From contig JAEERP010000003.1 of assembly GCA_016285885.1 (NCBI GenBank), forward strand, positions 127,510 through 191,509: a stretch of 64,000 bases of DNA, read 5' to 3'. The notes below the pieces were generated by a model. It did not search any database, was not told the DNA's origin, and saw only the letters and a program-made list of their open reading frames with translations. This document shows, in pieces, positions 39,001-46,939 of this stretch. The DNA comes from Paludibacteraceae bacterium. Its GTDB lineage: Bacteria; Bacteroidota; Bacteroidia; Bacteroidales; Paludibacteraceae. The position numbers and the translations under genes are program-made. The stretch's first letter is position 1. Every line of letters begins with the position of its first letter.

Positions 39001-40065
39001 CGGGTGACCGTTCTGGGCACGCAGGCGTCCATAATAGGTATCGGTGCTTCCGTTGGCATACTCGATAGCATCGAGGGCCTCTTGGATGAAGGGGTCGATG
39101 TCGTTTTCATCCACCCTCCAATCGTGTCCGATACCCATGTTCACCACAAACATAGCGTTGGCGCCGAGGTCTTCGGCCAATTCGAGGTATTCGTGGTAAC
39201 CCTGTCCGTCGGTCACCTTATAATCCCAGTTGCGGTTCATGTGGCCCGGACGCTCCTCGATGGGACCGATGGTTTTCTTCCACTCAAAACGGTTGGTTTG
39301 TCCGTCACCCCACGAGCCCTCGATGTAGCAGCCTCCAGGGAAACGCATGAAACGAGGATGCATGTCGGCCAACATCTGAGCCAAATCAGGACGGCAACCG
39401 TTTTTGCGCCCCTTGAACGTAGGAGGGAACAAGCTGACGACATCCAGGAAGATGACCCCTCTCTTGTCGCCCTTCAAAGCCAGGTAACCATGGGCATCCG
39501 AACCCGTGGCAGTGATTTTGGCGGTATATTTCTGCCATTCCTGAGTAGCCTTGACGCTGATAGTCGCACGGCCTAAGTTTTGTCCATTACCATTTTGCAG
39601 TTCAGCGACGATATTACCATCGTAGCTATCCTCAGCGCGGAGCCAGAAGGAGAGGTCATATTCACGACCGTTGACGATATTGATACCCCAGTACCCCTCG
39701 TTGCGCACGCCAGCATTGTCAGATTTCAGGTTAACTTTCAGTGCACGCAACTGAACAGCGTTGAGCAGTTTATCCGTCGTAAGGCTCATCTCCGCATTCC
39801 CCACGGAGCTCCAGCCAATAAGCTTGCTCATATCCTCCTCGAAAGAGCGGTTACGAACCAGTTCGGCATAGAGTCCGCCGTCACCCGCATGGTTAATCTC
39901 CTCGTAGAAGATACCGTAGTGATCTTCCGTAACGAGGTCACCACGGTTGTTCAGGTCAAATTTAAGTTCTATCTGAGCCTGCACCGATGTAACGCAGAGA
40001 GCCAGAAGGAAGAGAGACATGAATCGATGTCCCATATGTATGATTTCAGAAAGAGGATGTCTCAT
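36034..40065 (-). CDS. Giant secreted GH51-type alpha-L-arabinofuranosidase with an N-terminal CBM-like domain, extra beta-sandwich and LamG-like modules, and a T9SS type-A C-terminal domain
   Basis: GGLYAELVRNRSFE, LEIGNEQE (acid/base), YVGEYAV. LamG-like ending NALFDDFLIFDTALSAEQV. C-terminus VYDLQGRFV...KGVYIIKGEKVLVK. The ORF-track GTG start at 40116 sits inside a hairpin repeat. The likely start is the ATG at 40065 (MRHPL) or at 40035 (MGHRF). Confidence 0.85.
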   Translation of the reverse strand: MRHPLSEIIHMGHRFMSLFLLALCVTSVQAQIELKFDLNNRGDLVTEDHYGIFYEEINHAGDGGLYAELVRNRSFEEDMSKLIGWSSVGNAEMSLTTDKLLNAVQLRALKVNLKSDNAGVRNEGYWGINIVNGREYDLSFWLRAEDSYDGNIVAELQNGNGQNLGRATISVKATQEWQKYTAKITATGSDAHGYLALKGDKRGVIFLDVVSLFPPTFKGRKNGCRPDLAQMLADMHPRFMRFPGGCYIEGSWGDGQTNRFEWKKTIGPIEERPGHMNRNWDYKVTDGQGYHEYLELAEDLGANAMFVVNMGIGHDWRVDENDIDPFIQEALDAIEYANGSTDTYYGRLRAQNGHPEPFNLKYLEIGNEQEFMLNRNDYMKRYMQFYHAIRTRWPNLHLIADSYLFDDITEPVELKDEHYYESPDFFISQYGRYDNQSKSTTHIYVGEYAVTKDYGTLGNMNAAIGEAVFMQGCENNSEAVRMMSYAPIFTHEDNFNWRPDMIRFNSSMSYGTPSYHVQKMFSNNIGKQNIRWTEKNNGTSLNANQGSIGFATWATAATFTDLQAKIADGTVITGNRTASSDWSTVRGSWSISNGTFRQTNASQTDVRCWLKNAYDLTTLDMTVHATKQSGSEGFLIIFNYIDENNYAWLNLGGWSNSKHAVEQCQNGFKSVLGEKAGTLTTGKDYTIRIQKEGQHVRCYLDGEVIIEATLRTYGARTVYTSASIDDETGMMYVKIVNPSGTQRDVKLSLAGGHVEAAEAEILSASRGTDENTTSNPQRIVPRTQQLSVESDNTIAYTCPAYSVGVIRLQVNNVTPPQPDPLPEPVLSFSFEKGKAIDDGGKYTCELMGKASIVTLDDGNHVLATGSKGEGSYMNIPVAAAKQTFATVKDYTISINMLQRVGNNTGKFCWAYSMEQGTDHYIGLVNKGGNSDWYYEIKGGSTEGAHSYAGVSIGDWHNITYTQQGNVGRIYVDGHLKNEVDVTVKPSSFINDITRFTIGHSPFTSDAIMENALFDDFLIFDTALSAEQVMELGRCATAMEYTDYKNPDAERQDFKNLVMEVKNYVNDCGDDDLKQAYNSASRVLNSSSSSASAINNAYETLKEAVAAYQQSQLALARSGRPANLTFLITNSSFTRYNVGWQGADLSVAYNAYANETAEQYSRPFDIWQELQGLPAGTYTLTCKAFYRTGSIEAGYQAWRSNASSTQNAQLYMNDVATTVSNLFSSSAYTYNPYTYPDNLKQASSALNDASAYAPVSVSIDLNEEKTIRLGLRKQAIVSSDWVAYDHFQLRYEGGTTDVEDISSDPSGSDRVYDLQGRFVRKSPENLEDMPKGVYIIKGEKVLVK

Positions 40066-40104
40066 TTTTTTGTTATTTATTTCATAGGATTTCGGATTTG
40101 TCAC

Positions 40105-40291
40105 GTAGAGACGCACGGCCGTGCCTCTACACGACCATGCGTTTCCACATGTGTAAAACCGTGTGTTTCTGCAAATACAATGCCGTGCATTTCCACGAAT
40201 GCAATATTAAACAATTATTCTTGAGTTGTGAAATTTATTTGGATATCTTCCATTATTAAATTATATGGAGACGCACGACCGTACGTCTCTA
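40105..40291. repeat. Intergenic hairpin and degenerate 24-mer repeat cluster
   Basis: GTAGAGACGCAC-GGCC-GTGCCTCTAC (40105-40130). Three degenerate ~24-bp tandem units (40133-40205; CCATGCGTTTCCAC / CCGTGTGTTTCTGC / CCGTGCATTTCCAC). A second GGAGACG...CGTCTCT hairpin at 40268-40291. Confidence 0.65.
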
Positions 40292-40313
40292 CGCCGTCCT
40301 CCCCTCTTTTGGT

Positions 40314-40378
40314 TCATTATTTTACTTGTACTGGACAAAAAAGGTGCTTTTTTGTCCAGTATGGGAATAATATTGGAC
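40314..40378. repeat. Copy A of a ~64-bp repeat carrying the 13-bp inverted repeat TACTGGACAAAAA / TTTTTGTCCAGTA
   Basis: Arms at 40329-40341 and 40349-40361 with a 7-nt spacer. About 80 percent identical to copy B at 41741-41806. Confidence 0.85.
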
Positions 40379-40470
40379 GTAGGGTGAAGATATAAGGGGG
40401 CATTTTTATTGCCCAATCCTCCTGTTCAGTTGGTTAGCACCACTAACCAACTGAGGATAATGATTTATAA

Positions 40471-41766
40471 CTATTTGAAAGATAACACTTTCCACTTGTA
40501 AAATGGAACGACATTGATTACCAATCCATTTTTCTCGATTACTTGCTCATCATTCCACGCAACTACGGTGAGCCGATCGCACTTTAGTTCACCAGCACAT
40601 TCCACCAGGGCTGAGAGTTCCCTTTTTTGCACGGATGGAGACGAGAAGTCATAACAAACCTGCACCAATTCTTTTATCCTATTTTCAGACCTCAGGACAA
40701 AATCTATCTCTTTGTCGTTTCGCGAACGATAGTAAAACAGGTTTTGCTCCACGTTCAGCCCTGATTGAATGAGGCGCATGAAGACCGCATTCTCCAATAG
40801 CCTGCCCAGATTCTGCGACAACTGGAATGCCTTCGCACAAATCAGACCGTTATCGACGATGTAAACTTTACGGGCGGACTTCTGCATTAATTGGAGCTTG
40901 TTATTGTATTGTGGCAAGAAAAAGAACAAATAAGACTGCAACAAATAGCCACAAAACTTCTGTGTGGTGGACTTGCTCGACAACCCCAGCTCCTGCGTGA
41001 TGTTCGTGTAGGAGACAGGATTGGTGAAATTCGCCAGCAGATAGGAGGCAACGTTTGATAAATCATTGACACGCCGTATCTTAAAACGATTCACGATGTC
41101 TTTCAAAAGCACGGAGTCATACACACTGCTCAAATAGGTCTTGATGATGGACGGGGTGAGGATGGTTTCGGCGAATCCTCCGTTATGGAGATAGTCATCG
41201 ACAACACTCAGCAGTTTTCCCTTCTGCTCCGGTGTTTCAGTCTCCGGACTAACATTTCGGTACGACAAATACTCAGGGAGAGAGAATGGCAAAATCTCAA
41301 TATTCAGGAAACGACCCGTGAGCGATGTCGCCATTTCCGAGGATAGCAACTTAGAATTAGAACCCGTTACGACAAGGTTAATTCCTCTACGGTACAATTT
41401 GTTCACCCAGAGCTCCCACCCCGACAGGTTCTGTATCTCATCCAAAAGCAGATATTGGAAATTTGGGTACACCTCCTGCAAGGATTGCATCACCTCATCT
41501 TCGTTGAAACGATGCAACAACTGAGCGTCATCAAAATTCAGGTAAGCGAAGTTGACGTTCTGCAGGATAAGCAAAGCGCAAACCGATTTCCCTGCCCGAC
41601 GAGGACCGGTGATCAGCTTGATAAGAGGGGACTGCAGATAATCCGACACGGGCAGATTCAACGAGCGAGGCTGATACGTTTTCCCCAAAAGCGCATCCCG
41701 TTCATATTTTTGCTGAAGTATTGTTTCTCTCATCTTTTTGTCCATTATTTCACTTATACTGGACAA
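40471..41766 (-). CDS. AAA-type ATPase with a DUF4143-like C-terminal domain
   Basis: 431 aa. Walker A GPRRAGKS, Walker B YLLLDEIQ. The alternative start at 41745 (MDKKMRE) is equally plausible. Confidence 0.85.
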   Translation of the reverse strand: MSSISEIMDKKMRETILQQKYERDALLGKTYQPRSLNLPVSDYLQSPLIKLITGPRRAGKSVCALLILQNVNFAYLNFDDAQLLHRFNEDEVMQSLQEVYPNFQYLLLDEIQNLSGWELWVNKLYRRGINLVVTGSNSKLLSSEMATSLTGRFLNIEILPFSLPEYLSYRNVSPETETPEQKGKLLSVVDDYLHNGGFAETILTPSIIKTYLSSVYDSVLLKDIVNRFKIRRVNDLSNVASYLLANFTNPVSYTNITQELGLSSKSTTQKFCGYLLQSYLFFFLPQYNNKLQLMQKSARKVYIVDNGLICAKAFQLSQNLGRLLENAVFMRLIQSGLNVEQNLFYYRSRNDKEIDFVLRSENRIKELVQVCYDFSSPSVQKRELSALVECAGELKCDRLTVVAWNDEQVIEKNGLVINVVPFYKWKVLSFK

Positions 41767-41806
41767 AAATAGTACTTTTTTGTCCAGTATGCAAGTGCTA
41801 TTGGAC
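41741..41806. repeat. Copy B of the ~64-bp palindrome-bearing repeat, overlapping the 5-prime end of the ATPase gene
   Basis: Arms at 41757-41769 and 41777-41789. Same 13-bp arms as copy A. Confidence 0.85.
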
Positions 41807-41826
41807 TTTTATGATGGACAATTCAC

Positions 41827-42420
41827 CTATTTTTTTATGATATATTGTTCAATCAGCCCCCTAAACTGCTCCTTGTTTTCCTTAGCATACCGTACACTAA
41901 GACCCGTAATGGAATCTTCGGAAGCATAGAAGGCATCATCACATGGGTTTAGTTCCTCGATGACACTATCCTCTTCCACATTTTTCGCATAAATCGCCAA
42001 TGCCTTTCTGCATATCTTCGCGATATCATAGGCTTTGATCGCCTCGGCTGACGAGACAAGAATATCATTGTAATGACCGTCTGTATTGTGGAAGAACTGG
42101 TCGAACCCACCGTTGTTCACCTCCATATCCAGTTTATCCATCACAAGAAAAACTTTCTCATACTCATTGAGTTTGGAGAACTCCTCCCCATAATTGCTTT
42201 TCTCACAAAGCGCATTGTAGATGTGATATTGGATGATTCTATCTTCCTGCTCCCATATATCGCCCTGAAAAGCATAAGCGGAGTCGAGGGAAGAACGCAT
42301 GTTATCTATCGGGGATTCTGTGATATCGTTGGATGCGGCTGAAGCCTTCTTTTGGAAAAACATGTACAGAATTCCTGCTACGACAACAGTCGCCACTATC
42401 ATAATTAATTCGGTTCTCAT
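41827..42420 (-). CDS. DUF4375 / DMP19-like protein with an N-terminal transmembrane helix
   Basis: 197 aa. TM segment IMIVATVVVAGILYMFF. EVNNGGFDQFFHN motif, recalled as typical of DMP19-family C-terminal domains. Confidence 0.55.
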   Translation of the reverse strand: MRTELIMIVATVVVAGILYMFFQKKASAASNDITESPIDNMRSSLDSAYAFQGDIWEQEDRIIQYHIYNALCEKSNYGEEFSKLNEYEKVFLVMDKLDMEVNNGGFDQFFHNTDGHYNDILVSSAEAIKAYDIAKICRKALAIYAKNVEEDSVIEELNPCDDAFYASEDSITGLSVRYAKENKEQFRGLIEQYIIKK

Positions 42421-42514
42421 GTTGGATTAGTTTTGGGGCTGTTAATGATTCTTTTTCAGTTTGTTGGATACATCGGATTGTGATAATTTTATTATTGGGG
42501 GATTACATTGAATG

Positions 42515-43588
42515 CTATTCTTCTGTATCTATATTATTTTCAAGCCGTTGCTTGGCCGATTCCAATGATTTCTGAATCTGACGTATCAGAACCTCTCTTG
42601 GCGGCAGTTCGGTCATATACTGGGCGACCTTGATGCCCGACTTGTCGAGTTGCAGCAATTCGATCTGTTCTTCGCTACCTTCGGTGCATAGCAACAAGCC
42701 CAACGGTGTTTCCTCACCAGGTTCCATCTCGTTCTGCTCCAGCCAACGCAGATAAAGCTCCATCTGACCTTTGTATTGAGCCTTGAATCTGCCAAGTTTC
42801 AAGTCGATGGCAATGAGTCGGTGCAGACGACGGTGATAGAACAGCAAGTCGAGGTAAAAGTCTTCTCCGTCGATAATCATCCGTTTCTGACGAGCCACAA
42901 AGCTGAAGCCATTTCCTAGTTCTATGATAAACTGCTCCAAATGAGCCACTAGACTGTCTTCCAGACTCTTCTCACTATACATTCCTTTCAGACCTGTGAA
43001 CTCAAGAAAGTAGGGACTCTTAAATACCAAGTCGGGCGAAAGCACATTTCCCTCACGCAATTGCGAGAGTTCCTGTCTGACGAGCGCATCGGGTTTGCCG
43101 CTGATAGCGGTGCGTTCATAGAGCATGCTGTCGATTTCCTTGCGAAGTTGACGAATAGACCATTTTTCTGAAGCAGCAAGTGTCAAATAAAACTCCCGCT
43201 GAAGGTCATCATTCAAAGATATAACTGCCACAAAATGAGACCATGACAATTGTCGTGACAGTGTCACGACAATTTGAGAATCAGGAATCATCTGTGCAAA
43301 TTGCATCATTCTTCTGATGTTTTTCTCATCAAACCCTTTTGCTCCATATTCCTCTTGCAATTGTGTCGACACTGTTGACACAATCTGCTTCCCGTACTCA
43401 GCACGTTGGTTACTCAGCACATCACGGTTGATGCGCTCGCCAATGTGCCAGTACATCATGGTTAGCTCACTGTTGACGGTGGAGGCCACACGCCCGCGCG
43501 CTTGCTCTATAATCTGCCGCAAGTCTTCCACCAAAGATTTGGACACCAGTGGTGCGACAATTCTATTATTCAAGTCGGTTGTACTCAT
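42515..43588 (-). CDS. DUF1016 / YhcG-family PD-(D/E)XK nuclease
   Basis: 357 aa. LSWSHFVAV, and FYLDLLFYHRRLHRLIAIDLKLGRF (D...D-x-K core). Confidence 0.8.
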   Translation of the reverse strand: MSTTDLNNRIVAPLVSKSLVEDLRQIIEQARGRVASTVNSELTMMYWHIGERINRDVLSNQRAEYGKQIVSTVSTQLQEEYGAKGFDEKNIRRMMQFAQMIPDSQIVVTLSRQLSWSHFVAVISLNDDLQREFYLTLAASEKWSIRQLRKEIDSMLYERTAISGKPDALVRQELSQLREGNVLSPDLVFKSPYFLEFTGLKGMYSEKSLEDSLVAHLEQFIIELGNGFSFVARQKRMIIDGEDFYLDLLFYHRRLHRLIAIDLKLGRFKAQYKGQMELYLRWLEQNEMEPGEETPLGLLLCTEGSEEQIELLQLDKSGIKVAQYMTELPPREVLIRQIQKSLESAKQRLENNIDTEE

Positions 43589-45429
43589 TTTGTGGCAATT
43601 ATTAATCTGTATTTTTCGATTTCTTTATTCAACAATTCAATCATTTCTTTTTTATGCTCCTCTACCATAGTTTTGTCCCAAACATTTCCATTCTTTTTCA
43701 TTTTATCACACATTAAGCTAAGCTTTGGGCTCTGTTTTATCGCTTCTGGATAACTAGCATCTTTAGACTGTGGATCTAAATTGGAGAACTTAGAATTCGT
43801 TGAAACTGTTATTAATGCAAGATTTCCAAAACTATTTAAATGAGCATCATCCCAGCATTCTTTCTCAATCGGATGCTGAGGATAAAAATGCTCTATAGAG
43901 GTTCTAAATTGAAATTGGAAATTAGAGATTTTCGATATAGAATCCCTATCCAAAATATAATCCAAATAGGTAAATACAATTCTATCTATTCCAAATCCAC
44001 TAGCTTCTGTATAGTTTGCTTCTTCTATTTTACCACATGCATATTTTTCCAAGAGTTTTGTTAAATCAGCATTTTGATCTTTGTTTAGTTCTGTAAAAAC
44101 TATCGAAATCCAATGCATTGTTTTGGGCGAAGTATATGTAATTCTTAAAGCGGACTGCAAACTTCTTAAGGTTTCTGTTTTTTCATCAGTATCCTTTTCC
44201 CCATTGCTATATGTTAATTTATAATCTGGTTTGTCTTGATTTCTGTTTTGATCATAATACTTTTGCAACTTTTGAAGAGACCATCTCCCTTCTTCTTTAT
44301 ACTCTTTAGCAAATTCTCGTTTTATGATATATTTGTCAAACAAGTATCTGCACTTCAGAAGATAAAAGATAAAACGTACTGCATTATCTCCATTTTTCCA
44401 ACGTATTTTTAATGTATCAATAAACTTTTTATCGTCGAGAGAAGCATCATTTTCGTTTGAGTCCTCTTGCATTGATTCGTTGACAATTAAAAGAAAATTC
44501 GGAAAAGAAATTATTGATTCAAATCGCTCATTTTCGCCATCATTTTCACTTTTTTTATTTGATGATTTGATTGGGTCCTCTATCTTTTCTAACAATGAAA
44601 ACCTTTTTTCTTTTTCTTCGTCTTTAATCGATATCTTCGATTTTATTTCGTCAATATTTGAGCATTCAAATGAATCCCAATTTTCGCCAAAAAGGATTTT
44701 CCTACTTATTGTGTCAAAATTCATTTGTACGTAGCTATCCATCTGAGAACACTTATCCCAAATCAATGCTGAAATAGCCTTATATTCTGGTTTATCCTTA
44801 TCAATAACACTTAAAATCTTACCTTTTGCAATTTCATGAATCTCAAGTTGTTCTCCACGAGTATTCATAATCTCAAAATAGTGATTTAAATCTATTTGTT
44901 TAGGAACTTGAGTTCTGATTATCAATATATTATGAAGCTTTGATTTGAACTGTTTTTCATATTCTATGTCCTTTGAATTAGCAACAGCAAAAAAATTTTT
45001 AATAATTTCAAATCCATTAACAATTTCCTTTGAGTAATAAAATTCTTTATCAATTTGTTTTTTTTCGTATATGTCTTTTAAGGCGATGTTCGATTTTTCT
45101 CTGGCTTCAAATCGTAGCGATTTCACTGATATTGTTTCATCTTTTAAAAAAGATAGAAGAAGAAAAAGTGTTGTTAATCTTTGTTGTCCATCTATCACAG
45201 AAAATGTATTAGGAGCGGTTTCATCTACAATTAAACTACCAAGGTAATATCTGCCGTTGGAATCATAAATGTCATTGAGCAATAACTCAATTTCGTCTTT
45301 TTCCCAAGCATAACTCCTCTGATATATGGGTACTATATATTCACTACCAACAAATATATTCTTTAAATTGAATTCTTCTGGTTGTTTTACTGCATGCATA
45401 TTTAATTCCCTCCAAAAATATAATCCCAT
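43585..45429 (-). CDS. GmrSD-like fusion: DUF262 (ParB/NTPase-like) N-terminus + DUF1524 His-Me-finger nuclease C-terminus
   Basis: 614 aa. IVPIYQRSYAW, IDGQQRLTTLFLL, EIMNTRGEQL. C-terminal TSIEHFYPQH...NSFGNLALI...SKFSN. Very AT-rich. Confidence 0.8.
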   Translation of the reverse strand: MGLYFWRELNMHAVKQPEEFNLKNIFVGSEYIVPIYQRSYAWEKDEIELLLNDIYDSNGRYYLGSLIVDETAPNTFSVIDGQQRLTTLFLLLSFLKDETISVKSLRFEAREKSNIALKDIYEKKQIDKEFYYSKEIVNGFEIIKNFFAVANSKDIEYEKQFKSKLHNILIIRTQVPKQIDLNHYFEIMNTRGEQLEIHEIAKGKILSVIDKDKPEYKAISALIWDKCSQMDSYVQMNFDTISRKILFGENWDSFECSNIDEIKSKISIKDEEKEKRFSLLEKIEDPIKSSNKKSENDGENERFESIISFPNFLLIVNESMQEDSNENDASLDDKKFIDTLKIRWKNGDNAVRFIFYLLKCRYLFDKYIIKREFAKEYKEEGRWSLQKLQKYYDQNRNQDKPDYKLTYSNGEKDTDEKTETLRSLQSALRITYTSPKTMHWISIVFTELNKDQNADLTKLLEKYACGKIEEANYTEASGFGIDRIVFTYLDYILDRDSISKISNFQFQFRTSIEHFYPQHPIEKECWDDAHLNSFGNLALITVSTNSKFSNLDPQSKDASYPEAIKQSPKLSLMCDKMKKNGNVWDKTMVEEHKKEMIELLNKEIEKYRLIIATK

Positions 45430-46736
45430 ATAACACCATACTTTTCTGACTTATATGAATTTAACTTTTCTCGTTCAACTTTTTCTAATACGATGCTATC
45501 CATTTCATATGGGTTTTGCATTTCAGATATCATATTAAAAAGATTCAGTCCTTTATTCACTCGACAATTCTCATTTCCAAGGGCATATCTATTCACTGTT
45601 TGTGGATATACAGAATGCATAACGACCCTTAAAGAATATGCCCATTGATAAAGAAATCGTAATCTACTATCAGTCAACTCACTAGCATTGAATTTGTCAA
45701 TAAAAAAGATTATGATATTTATGAATAAATTTCTAATGTAGGAATTGCCCGAACCACATGAAGAAATCAAGTGGGAGTCAAATTTTGTTTCAATAATATT
45801 TATTATATATTTATAAAGATTGAAATAATAAAGTGTGTATTGAAAAAATCTTTTCCCTGCTATTAAAGGTTGTGTTAACTGAAATTGACGGACCATCTCT
45901 CCACTTGTCAATTCATACATTCCATCTGAATTAAAATGTTCAATATATAAATTTGCCGCTTTGTGATAAATAGAGTAATTATAATTGTAATTTTTCTTTA
46001 TGCCCTTAAAAGTTTTTATCTTCTTTGAAGAATAATAAAGTCCTTCTCTGTTCTTATACCATTGAACTAACGGGAATAAATTATTTTCAAAAAAAAGAGA
46101 TAGATCCTTTGGGGGTTCATTCTCCCATTCATTTATTATTTTTATCTTTTCAGTTTCAGAGCTATCTGACATTTCTCGAAGATGGTATGATTTTAATAAA
46201 TCTTGAGGAGCTAGAGCTTTCCCTCTGTGATTTTGAGAATCAAAAAATTGAAAAGCCTCTTGTTCTGTACTTGTTATAATTTTCACAAATGTACAACTAT
46301 CTAATGCATATTTTATAAAACCATTCAACTCATTGGCTATTATCTCACAATGTCTCTTGAGAACCTCGTAATTATCGATTATTGATTTAGATGAAAGATC
46401 ATCAAATGTGTTTTTTTTATCCAACAACTTTGAAAGCCTTAAATACTCATCATTCTTTGAAATATGATAAAAACAATAGGTAAGAATGGTTAGTGTTGTT
46501 ATACGTTGTTGTCCATCTACTATTTCAAATTCATTTCCATTGTCATAAAGGACAACAGAACCTATTCTATATTCTGGAATGTGATTTTTATATGCAAAAT
46601 AAATGTCATTGAAAAGTGTAGACGCACTTTCTGTGGACCATCTATATGGACGTTGGTAACTTGGTATTGAAATATTTATATTCAACACATCTTTTAATGA
46701 TACTATTTTCAACCTTTCGCTTTCCATTACTTTCAA
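45402..46736 (-). CDS. Stand-alone DUF262 domain protein
   Basis: 444 aa. IPSYQRPYRW, VDGQQRITTLTIL, FFDSQNHRGKALAPQDLLK. No nuclease tail seen. Overlaps the downstream gene by 28 nt. Confidence 0.8.
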   Translation of the reverse strand: MKVMESERLKIVSLKDVLNINISIPSYQRPYRWSTESASTLFNDIYFAYKNHIPEYRIGSVVLYDNGNEFEIVDGQQRITTLTILTYCFYHISKNDEYLRLSKLLDKKNTFDDLSSKSIIDNYEVLKRHCEIIANELNGFIKYALDSCTFVKIITSTEQEAFQFFDSQNHRGKALAPQDLLKSYHLREMSDSSETEKIKIINEWENEPPKDLSLFFENNLFPLVQWYKNREGLYYSSKKIKTFKGIKKNYNYNYSIYHKAANLYIEHFNSDGMYELTSGEMVRQFQLTQPLIAGKRFFQYTLYYFNLYKYIINIIETKFDSHLISSCGSGNSYIRNLFINIIIFFIDKFNASELTDSRLRFLYQWAYSLRVVMHSVYPQTVNRYALGNENCRVNKGLNLFNMISEMQNPYEMDSIVLEKVEREKLNSYKSEKYGVIWDYIFGGN

Positions 46737-46939
46737 TAATTAATTCCACAGAAATAAATTATTTGGACCAAGTAGTATCCTAAACGACTAAACAATTTTA
46801 TCACGTAGTATCTTTATCTTTTATTACTGCTTTTTTATTCCAAAAAGGAGCAAGAAGCCTCAGCTCCTTGCTCCCCTATCATATCCGAGCCAGAAAAACT
46901 CTTAACTCTTAATTCAAAATTCTTAATTCATAATTATCC

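Noticed and set aside
39580-40224. A 214-aa plus-strand ORF that runs from inside the GH51 gene into the hairpin and 24-mer repeats.
   Set aside because: It is antisense to GH51 for most of its length. Its C-terminal PCVST/PCIST repeats are just a translation of the intergenic repeat cluster.
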